Below are positions 32,583 through 39,605 of a stretch of 39,605 nt of DNA, one piece after another. The stretch is from Octopus bimaculoides (taxonomy: Eukaryota), in NCBI RefSeq assembly GCF_001194135.2, contig NC_068982.1:44956452-44996056 (forward strand), in the 5' to 3' direction. Positions within the stretch are counted from its first letter, which is position 1, and each line of letters begins with the position of its first letter. Under the pieces are notes generated by a model. That model was given only the letters and a program-made list of their open reading frames with translations, had not been told where the DNA came from and did not search any database. The position numbers were made by a program, and so were the translations under genes.

Positions 32583-32790
32583 AAGGTTGTGAGCTGGCAA
32601 AATCATTAGCAGGTCGGACAAAACGCTTAGCAGCATTTCTTCCAGCCCTTTACGTTCTAGTTTCAAATTCCGACAAGGTCAACTTTATCATTCATCCTTT
32701 CTGGGTCGGTAAAATAAAGTACCAGTCAAGTACAATGGATTATTTCCTTCCCACGTAATTTCAGACTTTGTGTCTATATTAGAATTATTT
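32583..32790 (+). mobile_element. SINE-A (diverged)
   Basis: GTGAGCTGGCAAAATCATTAGCA...GCTTAGCAGCATTTC...CGTTCTAGTTTCAAATTCCG. Confidence 0.75.
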
Positions 32791-33278
32791 ATTTATTGAA
32801 GTTAGACAGACTAGTTACAAAAGTAGATCATCCACCAAAACGCTTTACAGTATTTAGTGACGGCCCTTTTACATAAGGAATTCACCGCCCGTCTGGTCCA
32901 ACTCTACTTATCATCCTTCTGACCTTGATACTGACCAGAATGTTAACATTATGGAATTCCTATTTTGTCGCGGTTCTTTGAGTCATTGACTTAGAGAACA
33001 TCAACCTATCAATCTCGGAGAGCCCACTGCTCCTTCCTAACTGAACCGTAAAAAGTACCTATCAAGTAGCAGGAGCAATAAAATTGACTTTAGCCCTTCC
33101 CCGAGCATTTGAGGCCTTGTGCCTATGTTAAAAGATGATTATTTGTTGTTAATATAATTCCTTAATTTGTTTATAAGAAAGAGGATAATTTTTTTTCTTC
33201 CATATGGTTCATAGTCATTTCCTAAGTGAGATGAACAATTACTTTCAGTAAGTCTGTGATTTATTGTCCTGTCTTTGT

Positions 33279-33375
33279 GGTAGTATGCGTGGTTAAGAAC
33301 CAGATCAATTCGCAGTCATGTGGTTGGGTTTGATCTTATTGCATGAATCCTGTGCAAGTGCTTCTACTACAGCCA
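33279..33375 (+). mobile_element. Highly diverged SINE-C
   Basis: GCGTGGTTAAGAAC...CATGTGGTTGGGTTTGATC..TTGCATG...GCAAGTGCTTCTACTACAGCC. Confidence 0.45.
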
Positions 33376-34772
33376 TTTGCAAGCTATTTCAATGAGTTAG
33401 CCGTTCACTCCCTCGAATAACTAAACGCTTCTTCGTCGAAATCGACTCGAGTCTTGTCTTTGTAAAATTTGACCATCAACGTATAAAAAACATTTTGATA
33501 TACTGATGTGTATAACAATGTGCATACAAACGTGGAATGGCACTAATATTTTATCTCGGACAAATTTTTCAAGAGATTATTGTGTTAAATAAAAATTTAA
33601 AAAGGTCTTCGTTCAGGATGTCGGGGGACCGCCAAACAGTGTTTCGACATGATTTCATATCTTCAATATCGAATACCCACGACATTCTGAGTCAGGCCTA
33701 AGTCTTTTTCAGAAGTTTCTCTCGGACAAAATATGACAGCTAGTGCTGCTCCATGGTTGTATATCTTATTTTATACATTTGTATACCGGTGTGTATAACC
33801 TGATGTTGTGTTATACACACGTATATTTTAATATAAGGCTGCTTTAGTTTTTATTACTTTAATTCTAACTATTTTAATACATTTCATTCTTTACTGCACT
33901 GTTCCATTTTTATATGAGTGATAAAGAAAACGAGAGATAAAATGAGTATCAGTAAGTCATATTAAAAATGTTTTTTCATCGTTCGTTCATGGTTGTGTGT
34001 GTGTGTGTGTGTTTATAACTATGAATGATGACAGAACATTTTTAACTGGATTATGTAGGCTGAAAATATACTGGTTTATTTTTATTTTATGTGCCTGTTG
34101 ATAATATCAAACGTCATTTGACATGGGATGAATCACAAGGTTCGTTAATTACAAAAGAAGCTGTCAAATTTACCGTGTGACATTTGTACATTTTCATTAG
34201 CAACTTGAAAAAAAAATTTAAGGAATGCATTTGAGAACAACTAAACCTCAAGTAGCTTTCTTTTTTCTTCTCAATTTTTTTCTCTTTATTATCACAATCC
34301 CATGTGTTGCATATGTAAAGTACATTTTTCAAAATTCAATTTTAATCCGTTTTTATTTTATTATCTATCGGAACAAAAAAGAAAAATAGCTAGTTATTCA
34401 CCGAGTTTAAAAAAAAATACTCCTATGTTCATTTTAATTTGTTGAATATTCTTTTACAATTTTGACAATCCCCACCCCGACAGAATTGAACGAAGATGTG
34501 TAAATAAATACTTTCGGTCCGCTGTACCTTTGGATACATAGCTAAGTACCAGTATGACCTCAAGTACAAATGTGATTCAGACGTCTTGCTATAAAATGTC
34601 ACGTTTTTCATTATTCGTGCTACTTTCTCGTTTATTCAAAAGTGACCTCTTGCACAACTAACTATATCATACGATTTTGAACTGTTGTTCTCGACATTGT
34701 TGTAGATGTTACTGTTGTTTAACCCTAACTGAGTAGATCTATGATCAAAACCATTCCGGTCATGTCCGTCTC

Positions 34773-34813
<41 letters not shown>

Positions 34814-35128
34814 GCGATCATATTGTCCAATGTCTCTGTCTTTTTTTTTTTTTAAGACTGCAATGCGTGAAAGAATTCGGCTTCTATTTCTAGTAAGTGG
34901 AACGATTGCATAAAAGCGCCGTGGTCCACCTTTTTGTAGTTGTTTTTTCCGGGCCAGACCTAAAATCATCAGGTATTCCAACAGTGACGTCTTGTCTTTT
35001 CAAGCATAATCTTAGATTACATTATCCAAGGTCCTTTTTAGTTCCTTTAGACCAGGCCTGGCCAGCTCCAATTACATTGCGGGTCACTAGAAAGTTTTTT
35101 GAGGGCCGCTTGTATACTTTATGCACTG

Positions 35129-35368
35129 TGTTGGCACTCTGTCGCTTATGACGACGAGGGTTCCAATTGATCCGATCAACGGAACAGCCTGCTCGTGAGA
35201 TTAACGTGCAAGTGGCTGAGCACTCCACAGACACGTGTACCCTTAACGTAGTTCTCGGGGATATTCAGCGTGACAGTGTGACAAGGCTGGCCCTTTGAAA
35301 TACAGGTACAACAGAAACGGGAAGAAAGTTGTGGTGAAAGAGTACAGCAGGGTTCACCCCCCCCTGCC
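35129..35368 (-). mobile_element. SINE or LINE 3' tail segment (type-2 tail with upstream extension)
   Basis: Near-identical to 39146-39385; homologous to the 3' half of 4780-5110. Confidence 0.8.
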
Positions 35369-36093
35369 GTGTTCTGGCAAGGGCTGTGTGGATAGTGGTG
35401 AGGAAGGAGTTTAGTAGTTCGCGGGAGAGTGACGTCGCACTGATACAGTCNNNNNNNNNNNNNNNNNNNNNNNNNNNNNNNNNNNNNNNNNNNNNNNNNN
35501 NNNNNNNNNNNNNNNNNNNNNNNNNNNNNNNNNNNNNNNNNNNNNNNNNNNNNNNNNNNNNNNNNNNNNNNNNNNNNNNNNNNNNNNNNNNNNNNNNNNN
35601 NNNNNNNNNNNNNNNNNNNNNNNNNNNNNNNNNNNNNNNNNNNNNNNNNNNNNNNNNNNNNNNNNNNNNNNNNNNNNNNNNNNNNNNNNNNNNNNNNNNN
35701 NNNNNNNNNNNNNNNNNNNNNNNNNNNNNNNNNNNNNNNNNNNNNNNNNNNNNNNNNNNNNNNNNNNNNNNNNNNNNNNNNNNNNNNNNNNNNNNNNNNN
35801 NNNNNNNNNNNNNNNNNNNNNNNNNNNNNNNNNNNNNNNNNNNNNNNNNNNNNNNNNNNNNNNNNNNNNNNNNNNNNNNNNNNNNNNNNNNNNNNNNNNN
35901 NNNNNNNNNNNNNNNNNNNNNNNNNNNNNNNNNNNNNNNNNNNNNNNNNNNNNNNNNNNNNNNNNNNNNNNNNNNNNNNNNNNNNNNNNNNNNNNNNNNN
36001 NNNNNNNNNNNNNNNNNNNNNNNNNNNNNNNNNNNNNNNNNNNNNNNNNNNNNNNNNNNNNNNNNNNNNNNNNNNNATATATATATATATAAA

Positions 36094-36282
36094 GGCGAGC
36101 TGGCAGAAACGTTAGCACGCCGGGCGAAATGCTTAACGGTGTTTCGTCTGTCTTTAGGTTCTGAGTTCAAATTCCGCCGAAGTCGACTTTGCCTTTCATC
36201 CTTTCGGGGTCGATAAATTAAGTACCAGTTGCGTACTGGGGTAGATCTAATCGACTGGGCTTTGTACCTAGAGTAGAAAATG
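36094..36282 (+). mobile_element. SINE-A (young-looking copy)
   Basis: Near-consensus head and body; target site uninterrupted. Confidence 0.9.
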
Positions 36283-36294
36283 ATATATGTATGT

Positions 36295-36525
36295 GTTATT
36301 TGTCTTGCACCGCTTGGCAACCTATGTTGGTTTGTTTACGTCATCGTAACTTAGCATTTCGGCAATAAGACACCGATGAAAGTGCCTGGCTTAAAAAAAA
36401 TTTTCTTCCACAACCCTTTAAACGGCCATGCCTCAGCATGGCCGTTTAAAGGGTCATTAGACTGTGGCCATACCTCAGCATGGCCGCAGTCTAATGACTG
36501 AAAGAAGTAAAATATAAAAATACAC
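36295..36525 (-). mobile_element. SINE-E with internal double palindrome
   Basis: Homologous to 26433-26630. Hairpins at 36413-36454 and 36453-36498. Confidence 0.8.
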
Positions 36526-36789
36526 ATTTCATTTCCACGCCTTTGTATTTCGAAAGCTTCTCTTTCTTTTTATGATTGACATGTTACATCATTCAGTCGG
36601 CAAATCCAAAATGTTTAACCACAAAAACTATAACAAGCGAGCGTGACTTGGTATCATCATTCCACTAATTGTTTTAGGTACCTGAGTAGTCACAAGCAAA
36701 CAGATACCTTCTTTGCTCTTCCATCTTTGACTCGATAGAACGTCGAAGATATTATAGTTGAAGGAAGAGCGAGGTTGCATCAGCATTCG

Positions 36790-36927
36790 GCCAGTCCTCA
36801 TTTTAGCTAAGCAGATTGGAACAACGTTAAATTGATTACCTTGCTCAAGGATACAACGCGCCGCCTAGTCCTGCAATCGAACTCACGACCTTAAAATCAT
36901 GAGCCTGATACATAATCACTAGGCTAG
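36790..36927 (-). mobile_element. SINE-B head and core
   Basis: Minus strand reads TAGCCTAGTGA...GAGTTCGATTGC...TGTATCCTTGAGCAAGG...ACGTTGTTCC. Confidence 0.65.
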
Positions 36928-37044
36928 CCATAACAAAACTGTAAAAGTAGTTGTCTTTTAATATTTTTTTTTGTCTAAAGTGCATTGACCTCAATGAATA
37001 ATTACTTTTTTTTTTTTTTTTTCGATTGATATTACGGCTTCTTA

Positions 37045-37260
37045 AGACAGCGAGCTGGCAGAATCAGTAGCACCCCTGGTAAAATGCTTAACGGTATTTC
37101 GTCCGTCTTTGCGTTCTGAGTTCAAATTCCGTGGTGGTTGACTTTGCCTCTCATCCTTTCCAGGTCGATAAAATAAGTACCATTTGAGCACCGCGGTCGA
37201 TATAATCGACTTACTCCCTCCCGCGAATTTGATGGCTTTGTGTCAAAATTTGAAACCAAT
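37045..37260 (+). mobile_element. Full-length SINE-A
   Basis: Complete head, body and tail; target site uninterrupted. Confidence 0.9.
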
Positions 37261-37539
37261 ATTACGTGTCCTTGCTAGAATATTTAACTTACAAACACAT
37301 AGTCAACAGTTGTTAAATAGAAACTCTGTAATGTCTGTAGACAAACGCATTCAGGCATGACCAGGGCTGTCAGTTATTTTATCGTATTGACCACACGTTT
37401 CGAATTTCATTAGTGGATAGGGAAGTGGCTGAAATAAATACATGTTAGGCTTCTTTTTTTTGTTCTTGTGGCTGGGAAGGCTGTTACTGTCTAGTTTCAT
37501 CCATCCACTCATTTATTTTCTTTGCCCACTATTTCTATG

Positions 37540-37780
37540 AGGGTCGTAGTGGGGGGTGTTAGAATCCTTAACCGTCCTCCATAGGGTCCTATCAGAAGCA
37601 ACCGTCATTACACTTTTCATTCCCAATCCTTAGCGGCTGTACTTTCTTTAACATTCTTCAGGGTCCTGGAACAAATCTTTTGTGCTCTCATCCAATGCCT
37701 TCCAGAACAAATTGCAAGTTTTTTGGTGGCTGTACCAACATTAGGTGGAGTCTGCGATGTATTTTTCAATAGGAACCCTC
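37540..37780 (-). pseudogene. Possible decayed LINE (RTE-like) C-terminal fragment
   Basis: Minus strand ...KDWE*...VASDRTLWRTV resembles the W....A.DR..WR..V end motif; otherwise heavily decayed. Confidence 0.3.
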
Positions 37781-37862
37781 TACCTAAGATCATAATGCGT
37801 CCCTTAATTAACCTGTTGGACGGACGAACTATACGGTTGTTCTTTTAAACCCATTTCATATT

Positions 37863-38076
37863 CTTTTCTACTCTAGGCACAAGGACCGAAATTTTGGGGG
37901 AGGGAGCCAGTCGACTAGATCGACCTAGTACGCAACTGGTACTTAATTTATCGACCCCGAAATGATGAAAGGCAAAGTCAACCTCGGCGGAATTTGAACT
38001 CAGAACGTAAAGACAGACGAAATAGCGCCAAGCCTTTCACCCGGCATGCTAACGTTTCTGCCAGCTGGCCGCCTTG
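37863..38076 (-). mobile_element. Full-length SINE-A
   Basis: 16-bp TSD AAACC(C/T)ATTTCATATT at 37847-37862 and 38077-38092. Confidence 0.92.
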
Positions 38077-38190
38077 AAACCTATTTCATATTGTAGTTTT
38101 TATGCTCTTATTCGTACCAGGCACAAAACAGGTATTTATATTTGACCTGCGAATTACTGTCTAGTTAATTTACCTTTTATATTACATTGT

Positions 38191-38465
38191 AATTCCGCCG
38201 AGGTCGATTTTGCTTTTCATCCTTTCAGTGTCGATAAAATAAGTACCAGTTGAGTACTTGGGAGTTGACGTAATTGCTGGCCTTGTGCCAACATTTGAAA
38301 CCAGTATTATTATGAACTCTTCTGTTTGGGATTTTCAGCTTTAACCTGCTTTTCATCCTTTCAGGATCAACAAAAATAAAGTCCGAGTCTACGATGGTGG
38401 ACTGGTAGGATTGATACAGCGTCGGACAAGATGCTTTGTGGTATTCGTTCCGTCTCTTTGCGTTC
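38191..38465 (+). mobile_element. SINE-A fragments
   Basis: AATTCCGCCGAGGTCGATTTTGC...AAGTACCAGTT (38191-38310), followed by more degenerate pieces. Confidence 0.65.
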
Positions 38466-38821
38466 ATGAGTTGTTGGATGGTGGGCCATAAACCATCGCT
38501 CGGTTTATCTCCACCACTTGGTTCGCGGGTGCCTTTAGCGGAGTTCCTTGCTGCGCACGTTCGATTCTGGTTTCCGATTTGAGAATAACTTTCTCTGCTC
38601 TTTCCCCTAGTCTCGAAATGTCTTTAAAAAACGAAAGTAAAGATTGTTACGTCCCCGTCTCTCGAACGAAGCCTTAAATATAATCCTAAAAAGGGGTTTG
38701 CCACTTTATCACAATATGGCTTAGTCACCGTATTCAGGGTAGATATTCTAATTTCGTTTTCTACTTAAGGTTTATTGTGTTCTGGTTATTTCATTTCCTG
38801 TCGTTGACGAGTCCACCACTC

Positions 38822-38920
38822 TAGCTTAGTAGTTAGGGATGTTGGACGTGTTGTATTCTTGAGTAAGACATTTCGTTTCACGTTGTTCCTACCTACACGG
38901 CTGAAATGAGAACCAGCCGG
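38822..38920 (+). mobile_element. Diverged SINE-B head and core
   Basis: TAGCTTAGTAGTTAGGG...TGTATTCTTGAGTAAGACATTTCGTTTCACGTTGTTCC. Confidence 0.55.
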
Positions 38921-39145
38921 GTGTTGTTGCAATCCTTTCTTCCTTCAGCTATGTCGTTCCGGTTTTGACTCCAATACTTTGGACAGATGTCATCTATCAT
39001 ATCTTTGACGTTGCTGTTGAAAAGTCAATAATTTGATTGACTCATCGAAACATATTTCGTTATAAGTGTTATTTTATCCTTCTCTGCATTTGTCATATAG
39101 ATAGGTTAAAGGATTTAACGCATTTTTAGAAGATCCGTGTGCTAC

Positions 39146-39482
39146 TTGTTGGCACTCCGTCGCTTACGACGTCGAGGATTCCAGTTGATCCGATTAACGG
39201 AACAGCCTGCTCGTGAAATTAACGTGCAAGTGGCTGAGCACTCCACAGACACGTGTATCCTTAACGTAGTTCTCTGGGGCATTCAGTGTGACACAAGGCT
39301 GGCCCTTTGAATTACAGGCACAACAGAAACAGGAAGTAAGAGTTAGAGAAAGTTGTGGTGAAAGAGTACAGCAGGGTATTTTTTTGCTCAATAAACACTC
39401 ACAACGCCCGGTCTGGGAATCGAAACCGCGATCTTATGACCGCGAGTCCGCTGCCCTAACCACTGGGCCATTGCGCCTCCAC
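39146..39482 (-). mobile_element. Composite SINE: tRNA head joined to extended type-2 tail
   Basis: Minus-strand head GTGGAGGCGCAATGGCCCAGTGGTTAGGG...GTTTCGATTCCC (39405-39482) is followed directly by the tail shared with 35129-35368. Confidence 0.8.
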
Positions 39483-39605
39483 TATCTATATATATATATT
39501 TACTAGACATCTCTGAACGAAAATATACGGGATTATATATTAAGACGTTAACCAAGTTATTCTGCACCTCAGCGCCCTCTTTCACTCAATTGTATTTTAT
39601 AAACA

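Noticed and set aside
181-38465. CRISPR-like recurrence of GTTCTGAGTTCAAATTCCGCCGAGG
   Set aside because: Copies are dispersed, on both strands and irregularly spaced, with Pol III boxes and TSDs. They are SINEs in eukaryotic DNA.

Overview
AT-rich, repeat-dense animal genomic DNA from a draft scaffold with nine N-gaps. The SINE and microsatellite repertoire suggests an octopus genome (inference from recalled repeat families). No host protein-coding gene, rRNA or CRISPR array can be supported. The window is a mosaic of tRNA-derived SINEs (working labels A, B, C, E), Tc1/mariner and hAT remnants and MITEs, RTE-type LINE fragments and microsatellites. The main discovery candidate is a family of short non-LTR retroelements that encode only an L1/Tx1-type ORF1 (RRM-like region plus CCHC knuckle) and an extra shared C-terminal domain, with no RT or endonuclease. 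Three copies (1-180, about 13113-14982, 30783-32424) sit at the same site inside the head of SINE-A (GCTTAG^CGGTATTTCG). This suggests a SINE-targeting, site-specific 'half-Tx1' element mobilised in trans. A 5'-truncated relative carrying an ORF2-like C-terminus, the same 3' tail and a 19-bp TSD lies at 21483-21900. Several fold-back structures are also present, including a 131-bp-arm inverted duplication of a tRNA-Thr-like pseudogene and a double palindrome inside a SINE.
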